Made by a program: the position numbers and the translations under genes. Shown one piece after another: positions 1 to 9,509 of a stretch of 64,000 nucleotides of DNA. The number at the start of each line of letters is the position of its first letter. Position 1 is the first letter of the stretch. This DNA is from a virus, in IMG/VR virus record IMGVR_UViG_3300025133_008097, positions 32,001 to 96,000 of that record. One strand, written 5' to 3'. Below the pieces are notes generated by a model. It ran no database searches, was not told the origin of the DNA, and saw nothing but the letters and a program-made list of their open reading frames with translations.

Positions 1-27
1 AACAAAGCGAGCCACTTGTTTGTGTAA
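1..27 (+). CDS. 3' end of an upstream gene (truncated by window edge)
   Basis: Frame 1 is open from base 1 to TAA at 25-27, directly before the AAGGAAAGGAG RBS of the next gene; tight gene packing suggests it is coding. Confidence 0.4.
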   Translation, partial: NKASHLFV

Positions 28-41
28 GGAAAGGAGTTGTT

Positions 42-1013
42 ATGGCGATTAATGATGCATATGATGCCGATGTCTTAAACGACGTAGAAAGACAGCACTA
101 TGATGCTTTGGATGATATCGGTAAAGCTCGGTTTATTGGAGTAGGGTACCAGGGACGTAAACTTTATGATTGTCCCAAATACGATGTAACGCAGGACGAC
201 AAAGTCATTCAGAATGGTAATTCCTTTATTGTTCTTGGATACGACCGGCCACACTCTCGGGCGAGTGGATTCGGCGCAACGGGTAACAAGTGTTCGTCGA
301 TGGATATTGTGGTGGGGAGACTAGGGTACCAGGCCCGTTCTCATACACCTCTGGGCAAGGAAAAAATAGTAAGTCCTAACTTTAAAAAGGACGCTGCCCG
401 TATTTATATTAGTCAACGAGCGGCTGTTGATGATATCAAGTATTTTGGTTTGGCCAAAGGAACCGTGGGTAATGTAAAAATGGGCGCCCCCCGATCAACG
501 ATCGCTCTCAAGGCCGACACTTTACGTTTCATTGCTCGGGAAAATATTAAGTTTGTTACCAAGACAGACAAAAAGAACTCTCAAGGAGGAAAGCTTGCTA
601 ATGCGTGGCAGGGGCAGTACGGCATAGACCTGATCGCAATGAATGATGACTCGGATATGCAACCCATGGTTAAGGGAAACAACCTAAGAGAATGTTTGAG
701 CGAGATGATGGATCACATCAACGAACTCCGTGACAAACTGGTAACAGTGTTGGACTATCAGCGTAACTTAACCCAAACGCTTCTTACCCACACACATCGT
801 ACAATGTTTTACGGGTTAACCTCAGCTCCCGACTTTGAACAACTGATGCCCAAAGGTATTGAGTCAATGCTGAATACGGCCATGAATGTTGAGATCCCTG
901 CAATGTCGGACGACCTTATGAAGTCAACAGAAATTGTTAAAAACTATTTATGTGCACCCGGCGGAATGCGCCACCGAAAATATATCTTGAGTAAATATAA
1001 CAATACGAATTAA
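42..1013 (+). CDS. putative baseplate central spike/hub-associated protein
   Basis: 323-aa ORF with RBS AAGGAG. Beta-rich middle and an HxH motif (THTH, nt 789-797) like the metal-binding tip of contractile-tail spikes; lies upstream of gp25/gp6-like genes. Confidence 0.5.
   Translation: MAINDAYDADVLNDVERQHYDALDDIGKARFIGVGYQGRKLYDCPKYDVTQDDKVIQNGNSFIVLGYDRPHSRASGFGATGNKCSSMDIVVGRLGYQARSHTPLGKEKIVSPNFKKDAARIYISQRAAVDDIKYFGLAKGTVGNVKMGAPRSTIALKADTLRFIARENIKFVTKTDKKNSQGGKLANAWQGQYGIDLIAMNDDSDMQPMVKGNNLRECLSEMMDHINELRDKLVTVLDYQRNLTQTLLTHTHRTMFYGLTSAPDFEQLMPKGIESMLNTAMNVEIPAMSDDLMKSTEIVKNYLCAPGGMRHRKYILSKYNNTN
943..950 (+). promoter_or_regulatory. putative late promoter motif ACTATTTA
   Basis: Matches the recurrent CTA[AT]TTA motif; 66 nt upstream of the ATG at 1016. 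Confidence 0.4.
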
Positions 1014-1015
1014 TT

Positions 1016-4000
1016 ATGGCGACCACATCCTCTAAAGGCAATACTCTCGATTTTGACAGCATCAATGTATTTAAGAAATTTTCTTCTTATATGCCTTGGT
1101 ATGATAGCACTGGGGGTCACTATTCTGTTATTGTGCAGCCGGCTGCCATAGAATCCACAATAGAATTAGATGATACCGCGGCCCTCAAGGAGCAAGCAAT
1201 AGATGCTTTTATAGAATTCTACTTGCCAGAGTTCTATCCTTTTCTATATGAAAACGGCACCGGGAGTGACTTTTTAGCTACTTATACCACCATCCGATCA
1301 GAAATTTCGGACAGCTTAGTGTTCGTTAAAAATAGTGCGACTGAATCACCTTTTCCTAGTACCACAAAGTTTTTGTTTAGTACCACCTCTGGTGAAATTA
1401 ATTTTAAGCTGATTCGCTTGGGACTCTTGTCCCATGGGATGACACAAGAAGAGACCACCGCCAATATACAATCCATTGCTCGCGAGCTTCTGGTAACACG
1501 CGCCCGAAATCGAGACTGTCCTGACGATTTCGATAGTGGCCTCCCCTCATACAGTTCGGGGCTGCCATCTTTTGCTACGGCACGCACTTATTTTAACAAC
1601 CAACAAGGAATCTCCGCCTCCCCTGGTACTGCGACTCAAATGTCTTTGGGAACACTTACCGAGATTATAAATGATCTCCAAATCGCACTACGATCATATG
1701 AGCAGCAGGTTAACATGTTCCCAGCACCACTTCGGATTCCCTTAAGTTTGCCGGCAATTAGATCGGACCTTAAGCGACTTCTGGGGACATTAAAAATATA
1801 TATAACGAAAGACATTAACCTCTCGGGCTATGTTGTCTCTCCCTTTGGAGACGATGATACTTTACGACTAGAGTGGGATCCCCAACAGCAGATTCAATCT
1901 ATAAGCTATGAGATTGACATGGGAGATGATGCGGTGGAAGAACCTCTGAAGATAGGGCTCTTCTCTTTAGTGAAATATGGTGCGGCTACAAAAGATCGGT
2001 GGCTAATGGCAACCATAGCTAATCAATATGCGATTCGAGAAGACTTTAGATCTAATAACACCGCATTGGGCCCAGGCCTGCCCTCGTTTCTTGAGTTTGT
2101 GGAAAACACCTACAGGGACCTCTTGGTCGACCCTTCTGCAAACCCAAGCGCCGGGGAAACAGCTATCAATTTCACCGGCCCCCCCATTCCTGGCGTCAAC
2201 GCGGACTTATATAGTAAGGTTTTCAACGGCCGCGACCCAGATAGTCCCATCGATCTTGCCAACCCCTCAGCTTTGGCAGAAAAGATTAGTACCTTTATGA
2301 CCTCCGAAGAGGTAGGGAAGATTCAGGCCGCCCTCCAAAACCCGGTGCTCCTAACTGCCATGTATAATGATTCTAAGTCGAAATCTTATACGACGAATTT
2401 TCCTCTTCCGGAAATTATTGACGAGGTAATAGAACTTATTAACGCTGCTCAAGGGATAAGTGTCCAAACTGAAGAGAGGAGAAGGATCAAAGAAGAAATC
2501 TCAGCGATAGAATCTGAAATCACTTATTATGAAGAAAATGTCATCACGCTTTTTAATGATGGAACTATGGGGGGCACAGAAGATGACCTCGCTGCGTACG
2601 CCGATCTAAAAGTAGATCTACAAAATGCCCGTAATAGACTATCAAAAGCCAAACAAGGCGGGTCATCTGCAGCAACTTCCACACCAGGCGGCGGGACGTG
2701 CGAAGGGTCTGAATGTGCCGAGGGTATTGTTGATCGGGTTTTGTCGTTATTAGGCCTCGCTGATTTAATTGCAGAGGCGCTTATTTGTACAACGATGGGA
2801 ACAACCTTTTCCCTGGAGCGAATCAACCAAGCAATCGATCTAGGATTTAGTATTAAGGATTTCGTGGAAGATTACGGTTCTCCTGAGCTACCGCGTCCCA
2901 TGCTTATAATGCCGGATATGCCGTCTATTAATATTTCATTTTCGATCACTGGGGACCCTCCTCTCTGGAAACAGATCCGCGATATAATACTTCAGACATT
3001 GGCCGAAGTAGCCTTTGATATTATTAAAGGCATTGCTGAACTTATCAAGCACAACTGCGATAACTTATTGAATCGTCCCGAAAACGAGGGTGAGATAGAT
3101 TTAGCGAGTGCTGTGGCAAACAATCCTGTAGGTGGCAGCGCGGGGAATGGTCTTGACCCAACCTCACAAGACTTGGTTGACGAGGCCTTTGCCGCACACG
3201 GATTTGATCAAAATACAGGCTACGCTTATTTAAGTGCAATCGGCAGCCGGCTGACTCCTTTAGAGATATGTCGACTGTTCCACTCCCCTGATGCTGTCTC
3301 AGATGAGACCATCGAGAAAATTCGTTTAAGCAATCTTGAATTCGACGAAGAGAACATCCGAGCAATGCAAAGTCGAAACGAGATTCTAGGGTTCTTCCAG
3401 AGCATGGCCCAGATTGCGGATGTGTTTCAAATTTGCAATGACATTATTAATAATGTGGACATACGAGCTTCTTTTGAAAACTATTGTTTATCTTGCGACG
3501 ACATAGCATCCTTGGCCGATCAGGCCAGCATCCAGAAGCTCGCCGACTTCCTAAACGGCGACGGCATTCCAGTAGACGTCCCAGAGATTGATTTCTTGTG
3601 CCCCGAGAATGACAAGTTCGTGCCCAATCCGATTGTGAGTAGGGTAATACCTCAAGTGTATAACACTCTGATTGAGAATGTTAAGATGCAGTTTGTATAT
3701 TCGTTGGAAGCAGCCCGAGTTACTCTTTTGGAGCCCTTTGTTTCGGTTAATGAAAACCCAACCCTGCAGGCAGCCATAGGTGCGATTCCTCCCAAGATGC
3801 GACCACCAACCCCTCCCGCTATCGACCCAGCCTTCTTATCTATTTTGGTAGACCTTCTAAACACATTATCTAACGCTCAAATACAGATAGATCCAGATAT
3901 ATGTCCGGATGTAAACGTGGCAAAGTTTGGAGTCGACGTTGACGACTTCTTACCAATGTTGGGGGATTTAGCCGATATTTTGAACAATGCTTTGTCGATC

Positions 4001-7000
4001 CATGGAGGAACCATATCCGATGTGCAAACCAAACTGACAGAGATTCAGGATACTTTTGATAATTCCAGCGCCAATTCTATTCCCTATGTTACTTACGTTT
4101 TTCCCAAAGCTTTTAAGCGCGCTTGGGCCTCGAAGTCCCGGCAAGCTGTACCAGATTATCTAGATATAGATGGAACCGGCGATGCCAGCCGCAACGGCCG
4201 CTGGGCTGTTCGAACAAAATATCCCTATACGCCCGGCAATCCTTTGATTGGAAACCCCGGGAGCGCGACAACATATAAGTCCAACCTGAGAAATGACCGT
4301 CATTCGTCGGCCCTAGGCCGCCTCCAAATGAGATATTTCTTTCAAAACGACATGGGCTCTCTCTCAAATGAGTCCATAGCAATCCGATTTTCTTCTAATG
4401 ACGATATTGGACACGGGCGCCCCATAGTGCAGCTGCGCTACCCCGCCGGGCTTCTTGAGGGCGTCAGCGCTGCTGGTTACATCGAGATAGAATCCCCGGA
4501 TGAATCTTTTTCGCCCTTCTATCCCGCAGCCGGGGGGAGTGCTGGGACCAATCAGGCAGCCATTGATAGTAAATTGTCAGGAATGGGAACCGGCCCAGCC
4601 TTTAATCCCTATGCTTTTAATTTTACATATCCTCTCCTTCGGCAGCTGCAAACTCTAACTCCTGGTGCGATGAAGTGGCAGGACAGAAAGTATCTTGAGG
4701 ATAAACTACAAAAACAGGTATACCCCACAGCACTTAACGGTTTAATAGAGCGTACCTTTGATTATATTTATACTCGCGGTATTTTTAATATGCCGAAGCT
4801 GATGGCACTTAACCTCTTTAAAGATAACTCAAATTGCCGGCCCACCGATGTGGGAGACCTTCTCGACGTCCGCGGAATTATTGATCAAGGAAAGAAAAAT
4901 TTTAGACAGTCAGCTTGCCGAGATCCTGGCACCACACAAGAAAGAGTAAGTGACGCCTTAAAATTGTCACTTATAAATTTACTCATTCAGGTCCATATCG
5001 TTGAATTTTTAGTTAAAAACATTTTTGTTTTTGGAGCATTTAATTTTGGCGAGATTATGGATAAGTCAATTCTCAGAACCATGATGTTTAAGACCGTCGT
5101 CGCTCAGGTTGAAGATCAGTTAACTGCCGGCCGCCCCGACTTAAAAGATTTTATTTATGATCATTTTGCTATCGTAATGGAACGCAGTTCTTTGGGCCCC
5201 GATGCAGGATACCCGGCGCGCCAAGACGACGGGATTGCTCACTCTTATGCTCGCCCCCGATCGGCGGACCCGGACCTAAAAGATGGTGCTGATATTTCAT
5301 CTGTGGATTTTTCTAAGCTTGTGAACTTTTTGGTAGCGGAAAGAATCAATCATACGCTTGAAGAGTGTGGAGAAACTGTTAACACGCTTCAGTCAATTAA
5401 TAACGTGCTTAAGGGCGCCGGCGCGAACGAAGCCTGGGAGGATGTTTTTATTAAAGATATTATAGGTGTACGCGAGTGCCCATATGGTCGTACTTCTAAA
5501 TCCGAGAATGGTAGGATCTTTTTAAGCAAATATGTATGGTGGGACAGTATTTCTAATTGGAGTGATTTAGGAGCGTGCACGGTTGATATTCCATGGAATA
5601 AATTTTCGGACGATCCTACCGTGGAGAACAGTGTTCGCTTGGCGGAAAGAAATGCCTGGGACGCCGGCCACTCCGCTCTAGTCTCCGGTCTGGGGAACGG
5701 TGTGAGTCAAGAGATTATAGACGGCGCCGTCGAAAATTATATAATTAATCATGGCCCGCGCCCCTCTTCAATCACTAAGCGGCGCATTGGCTCCTTGCGA
5801 GAGATACTGGGGGATGCTAACGGTGGTGCAATGCCTATTGAAACTCCGCGAGCTATTGATTTTGTAGATCTTATGGAAGGGATTACGGGCCCTCGCCCAG
5901 TATTTGAGGGCCTCGCCTATGGTTATAAATTGATATTTAATTATCCCTATGAAGATTCCGATTATGCGGGTGGTGCAAATTTCGATTATGATCAAGATAA
6001 TAGCTTTTTTATAGAATCGTTTAAGACAACAGGCGACTCTAGAGATATAATGCGCCTCGCAATGCAAGTGCAGAAAAAGGGAGCCACTGGGGCTCAGGGA
6101 GAAGAGATGAATGCTATTCTCGATTCGGTCCAATCGGATATGATGCCCCAATCAGGCGCCAACAACGCAGGGTCCCAAGTACTAGGCGAACTGCTCACAA
6201 TTGAAATGAATTCTGTCGGGACTCTCAATGCAAATACAATTGCTGATGTTATTCTTGCTGGAAACTGGGAGCCTCCCCCCGGAATGGTCTCCACTGGAGG
6301 TAGTATAGAAGATAACGTAGATGCCGGCCTTTTCCAGGTCGAAGTAGATACTCACCCCCCAACAAACCCTTGGTCAGAAGATGTTAATGCGACTACTGCG
6401 TACTCTGTTATGCAGAACTTCAATAATCACTCAACAGATCGCTATCTAGAAACAATAAAGACCCATCCGGAGTTTTCGCGGTTCATGAACCAGACATTTA
6501 ATCCGGAACTTATTATGATGGTCCCCCTTCTTTATAATTTTGGTTTGACAAGTCACTTCTTCCCCGGCATCGAGAGAGACTTTCAGACCACTAAAAACGT
6601 TATTCTTAAGTTATTTGAAACAGTTGGAAACACTAATAAAACTCCTTCGATTATTCAACGGAATGCGGCCGACCGCCTAACCGATAGTTTTGGTTCATCA
6701 GGAATGAGCGATATGGATGAGAACATCCGCGAATATATCTTGAAAGCTTTAGCTTTGGCTCCCATCAAAATTTTGAAGGGTGTCGTCGAGTTAACCGACC
6801 CGCACGTGGCTATTTCTAAAATCATTAGAGATATCACCGGCCAGGCCTTTCTTCTAGTCTCGAATGCGATCGATACGGGAATCAGCCAGACGGCGGCCGG
6901 GATCACACCTTCCCCCGCCGATCCGGCATCGAGCATGCTAAAGGGAGTCCTAGAAAAGATGTCAGGAGAAGACTTGCTTGCCCTTGGTTTGTGCGGACTT

Positions 7001-7279
7001 AGTTCGCTTAATGCCCAGGCTGCCGCGGCCCTTCCCGATCCCCCCGGCCCTCTAGAGGCGCCCCTGCTAGGCCCTCGTCTTACTCTCGACGGCGTGGACT
7101 TTACCGGCTCGATCGCGGGAATGTTGATGATGCCGCCCGGGCCCATGGGACTTATCTATTTGCTTATCATGATCCTAGAGGGCTTGGGAGACGATCTGGA
7201 CGCCGCGGCAGAAGGTGGTACTACTAGCGCCGACCGCCAAAGCAATGTATCGGACGGTCAAACTCCAAATGTTTGTTAA
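1016..7279 (+). CDS. large hypothetical virion/baseplate-region protein (2087 aa)
   Basis: Long uninterrupted ORF between spike-like and gp25-like genes. Has a coiled-coil segment (~aa 490-550), scattered Cys and a hydrophobic C-terminal helix; no family recognised. Confidence 0.75.
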   Translation: MATTSSKGNTLDFDSINVFKKFSSYMPWYDSTGGHYSVIVQPAAIESTIELDDTAALKEQAIDAFIEFYLPEFYPFLYENGTGSDFLATYTTIRSEISDSLVFVKNSATESPFPSTTKFLFSTTSGEINFKLIRLGLLSHGMTQEETTANIQSIARELLVTRARNRDCPDDFDSGLPSYSSGLPSFATARTYFNNQQGISASPGTATQMSLGTLTEIINDLQIALRSYEQQVNMFPAPLRIPLSLPAIRSDLKRLLGTLKIYITKDINLSGYVVSPFGDDDTLRLEWDPQQQIQSISYEIDMGDDAVEEPLKIGLFSLVKYGAATKDRWLMATIANQYAIREDFRSNNTALGPGLPSFLEFVENTYRDLLVDPSANPSAGETAINFTGPPIPGVNADLYSKVFNGRDPDSPIDLANPSALAEKISTFMTSEEVGKIQAALQNPVLLTAMYNDSKSKSYTTNFPLPEIIDEVIELINAAQGISVQTEERRRIKEEISAIESEITYYEENVITLFNDGTMGGTEDDLAAYADLKVDLQNARNRLSKAKQGGSSAATSTPGGGTCEGSECAEGIVDRVLSLLGLADLIAEALICTTMGTTFSLERINQAIDLGFSIKDFVEDYGSPELPRPMLIMPDMPSINISFSITGDPPLWKQIRDIILQTLAEVAFDIIKGIAELIKHNCDNLLNRPENEGEIDLASAVANNPVGGSAGNGLDPTSQDLVDEAFAAHGFDQNTGYAYLSAIGSRLTPLEICRLFHSPDAVSDETIEKIRLSNLEFDEENIRAMQSRNEILGFFQSMAQIADVFQICNDIINNVDIRASFENYCLSCDDIASLADQASIQKLADFLNGDGIPVDVPEIDFLCPENDKFVPNPIVSRVIPQVYNTLIENVKMQFVYSLEAARVTLLEPFVSVNENPTLQAAIGAIPPKMRPPTPPAIDPAFLSILVDLLNTLSNAQIQIDPDICPDVNVAKFGVDVDDFLPMLGDLADILNNALSIHGGTISDVQTKLTEIQDTFDNSSANSIPYVTYVFPKAFKRAWASKSRQAVPDYLDIDGTGDASRNGRWAVRTKYPYTPGNPLIGNPGSATTYKSNLRNDRHSSALGRLQMRYFFQNDMGSLSNESIAIRFSSNDDIGHGRPIVQLRYPAGLLEGVSAAGYIEIESPDESFSPFYPAAGGSAGTNQAAIDSKLSGMGTGPAFNPYAFNFTYPLLRQLQTLTPGAMKWQDRKYLEDKLQKQVYPTALNGLIERTFDYIYTRGIFNMPKLMALNLFKDNSNCRPTDVGDLLDVRGIIDQGKKNFRQSACRDPGTTQERVSDALKLSLINLLIQVHIVEFLVKNIFVFGAFNFGEIMDKSILRTMMFKTVVAQVEDQLTAGRPDLKDFIYDHFAIVMERSSLGPDAGYPARQDDGIAHSYARPRSADPDLKDGADISSVDFSKLVNFLVAERINHTLEECGETVNTLQSINNVLKGAGANEAWEDVFIKDIIGVRECPYGRTSKSENGRIFLSKYVWWDSISNWSDLGACTVDIPWNKFSDDPTVENSVRLAERNAWDAGHSALVSGLGNGVSQEIIDGAVENYIINHGPRPSSITKRRIGSLREILGDANGGAMPIETPRAIDFVDLMEGITGPRPVFEGLAYGYKLIFNYPYEDSDYAGGANFDYDQDNSFFIESFKTTGDSRDIMRLAMQVQKKGATGAQGEEMNAILDSVQSDMMPQSGANNAGSQVLGELLTIEMNSVGTLNANTIADVILAGNWEPPPGMVSTGGSIEDNVDAGLFQVEVDTHPPTNPWSEDVNATTAYSVMQNFNNHSTDRYLETIKTHPEFSRFMNQTFNPELIMMVPLLYNFGLTSHFFPGIERDFQTTKNVILKLFETVGNTNKTPSIIQRNAADRLTDSFGSSGMSDMDENIREYILKALALAPIKILKGVVELTDPHVAISKIIRDITGQAFLLVSNAIDTGISQTAAGITPSPADPASSMLKGVLEKMSGEDLLALGLCGLSSLNAQAAAALPDPPGPLEAPLLGPRLTLDGVDFTGSIAGMLMMPPGPMGLIYLLIMILEGLGDDLDAAAEGGTTSADRQSNVSDGQTPNVC

Positions 7280-7316
7280 AAAAACATTTTTTTGATATTT
7301 ATTAGGAGGGCTCATT

Positions 7317-7700
7317 ATGTCATCTGGACTTGCACCACGATTACCTGTTACTACTAGTAGATTTGATTTGATACAAGATTATGAAGCCCTCGTGGCTCAA
7401 AATCTTAAAATGCTTATTCTTACCAACCCGGGAGAAAGGATCATGGATATTAATTTTGGGGTGGGAATGCGTAAGTATTTGTTTGAGATGAACGATGATA
7501 CAACATATGCCTCGATCGCTAGCAAAATCAGGAGCCAGGTCACCCGGTATCTCTCTTTTGTGGAGATCCTTAAAATTGAATTCAACACACGCGAAGATAA
7601 CCCGGATTTGTATCCTCACACCGTGCGCGCAACTATAACTTTTAAGATTGTGCCGCTGCAAGTGACAAGCTTGCTGCAAATTGATACAAATACGAACTAA
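7317..7700 (+). CDS. baseplate wedge/sheath-initiator protein, T4 gp25/GPW-like
   Basis: QNLKMLILTNPGERIMDINFGVGMRKYLFE matches the gp25 family pattern (L.T.PGER...P.FG..L..YLFE); 127 aa; AGGAGG RBS. Confidence 0.9.
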   Translation: MSSGLAPRLPVTTSRFDLIQDYEALVAQNLKMLILTNPGERIMDINFGVGMRKYLFEMNDDTTYASIASKIRSQVTRYLSFVEILKIEFNTREDNPDLYPHTVRATITFKIVPLQVTSLLQIDTNTN

Positions 7701-7703
7701 TTA
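7696..7703 (+). promoter_or_regulatory. putative late promoter motif ACTAATTA
   Basis: Motif 15 nt upstream of the ATG at 7719, followed by a GGGGAGG RBS. Confidence 0.45.
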
Positions 7704-7718
7704 TGGGGAGGTAGATAC

Positions 7719-9509
7719 ATGGCTAAGAAGTTACAAGCAATTAATTACACCAGTAGAGACTTCGCCACAATTCGGCGAGATCTTGAAAATTTTACAAAAA
7801 GATACTATTCTAATACCTATAAAGATTTTAATGAGGCGAGCTTCGGATCCCTAATGTTAGATACTGTTGCCTACATTGGCGACATCCTATCCTTCTACGT
7901 AGACTATCAGGCCAACGAAAGTTTTCTAGAAACAGCTATTGAATACAATAATGTGGTGCGCCTATGTCGCCAACTAGGGTTTAAGCTTAACCCAAACCCC
8001 TCTTCCTATGGTGTAGTAACACTATATATCAAAGTTCCAGCGTCGGTGAGCACAATGGGCCCTGATCTTAATTATGTCCCAACACTTCAAGCCGGCTCAG
8101 AATTTTCGTCCGAGGCGGGGGGATTTTATACTCTTCTAGACGACGTCGATTTTAAGAAACAACAGAATCAGATCGTTGTTAGTGACGCAACCACTGCTGG
8201 GGCCCCCACGCATTTTGTAATCCGCGCCCAGGGCCGAGCCACAAGTGGACGAGTCGGCAGAGATAAGTTTACTATAGGCGATTTCGAAAGGTTCCGACGC
8301 CTTCCATTGTCGATTTCTAAAGTCAACAACATCGTGAGTGTGTACGACCTCGCCGGCCATCGCTACTACGAGGTTGACCACTTATCGCAAAATATCATAT
8401 ATAAGGCCGTCCGCAATACAACTGCCACTAGGGCAACCGTACCCAATATCCTTAAGCCCTTCCCGGTCCCGCGCCGATTCACGGTAGATTTCGTCGATGG
8501 ACAAACTGTACTGCAGTTTGGATATGGTTCAGATTCTCAGTTAACGTCGGACGCTGTTACAAATCCAGCCAATCTTATGCTGGACATGACTGGCCGCGAC
8601 TATGTGACCGATGTGGGATTTGACCCCAACAATTTGATGAATACCGACAAGTTCGGTATCGCACCATCCAATACGGAACTAATCGTGGCGTATCGATATA
8701 ACACTACGACTGATGTGAACGCTCCTGTTAATTCTATTACCAAGGTCAATCGTCCCAAGCTTGTATTCGAACGCGAGAGTGTTCTCGATAGTAAGAAGAG
8801 AGGAGGCGTAGTTACTTCTGTTCAGGTTGTGAATGAAGAACAGTTTGTTGGGAGCGTCTCTCTGCCTAATTCTGAGGAGATTAAACAACGAGCGTACGGT
8901 TTTTTCGCGACACAGAACCGTGCCGTGACAGCGGAAGATTACAAATCCATTTGTTATGCAATGCCAGCGAAGTTTGGTTCGATCAAGAGAGTGTCAATCG
9001 CCCGCGACTTTGATGCTTTTAAAAGAAACTTAAATTTATACGTTATATCTGAGAATATGAGTGGGAAGTTAACCATTCCGAATGCCACCTTGAAGAATAA
9101 TCTTAAAAATTGGATCTCACAGTATAAAATGATTAATGATACTGTTGATATATTGAATGCAAAAATTGTTAATTTTGGAATTGAATTTGAAATATCAATT
9201 GATTTAAGTGCGAACAAATTTAATGTTCTTAATTTGGCCAGCAGAGCCTTGGGCAAAAAGTTTGGCCAAACATATGATATTGGTGAACCCATTCTTATCT
9301 CAGATGTTAATAGAGTCTTGAACAAGGTCGAAGGTATATTGGACGTAGTCAGCGTAAAAATTGTAGAAAAGAGTGGTACCACATACGGAGGAGACTCTTA
9401 TGATTTTAATGCCAATCGAAGCGCCGATTCTCGCCGAATTTTAGCGCAAGAAAATGTTATTTTTGAACTTAAGTTCCCCGGGAACGACATTAAGGGGAGC
9501 GTTATCTAA
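7719..9509 (+). CDS. baseplate wedge protein, T4 gp6/P2 gpJ-like
   Basis: N-terminal NYTSRDFATIRRDL...DFNEASFGSLMLDTVAYIGDILSFYVDYQANESFLETA and the QNRAVTAEDY motif are typical of gp6/baseplate J; follows gp25. Confidence 0.88.
   Translation: MAKKLQAINYTSRDFATIRRDLENFTKRYYSNTYKDFNEASFGSLMLDTVAYIGDILSFYVDYQANESFLETAIEYNNVVRLCRQLGFKLNPNPSSYGVVTLYIKVPASVSTMGPDLNYVPTLQAGSEFSSEAGGFYTLLDDVDFKKQQNQIVVSDATTAGAPTHFVIRAQGRATSGRVGRDKFTIGDFERFRRLPLSISKVNNIVSVYDLAGHRYYEVDHLSQNIIYKAVRNTTATRATVPNILKPFPVPRRFTVDFVDGQTVLQFGYGSDSQLTSDAVTNPANLMLDMTGRDYVTDVGFDPNNLMNTDKFGIAPSNTELIVAYRYNTTTDVNAPVNSITKVNRPKLVFERESVLDSKKRGGVVTSVQVVNEEQFVGSVSLPNSEEIKQRAYGFFATQNRAVTAEDYKSICYAMPAKFGSIKRVSIARDFDAFKRNLNLYVISENMSGKLTIPNATLKNNLKNWISQYKMINDTVDILNAKIVNFGIEFEISIDLSANKFNVLNLASRALGKKFGQTYDIGEPILISDVNRVLNKVEGILDVVSVKIVEKSGTTYGGDSYDFNANRSADSRRILAQENVIFELKFPGNDIKGSVI

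Noticed and set aside
7278-7293. A7-CA-T7 inverted run after ORF 1016 as a terminator
   Set aside because: AT-only stem with a 2-nt loop is too weak to call.
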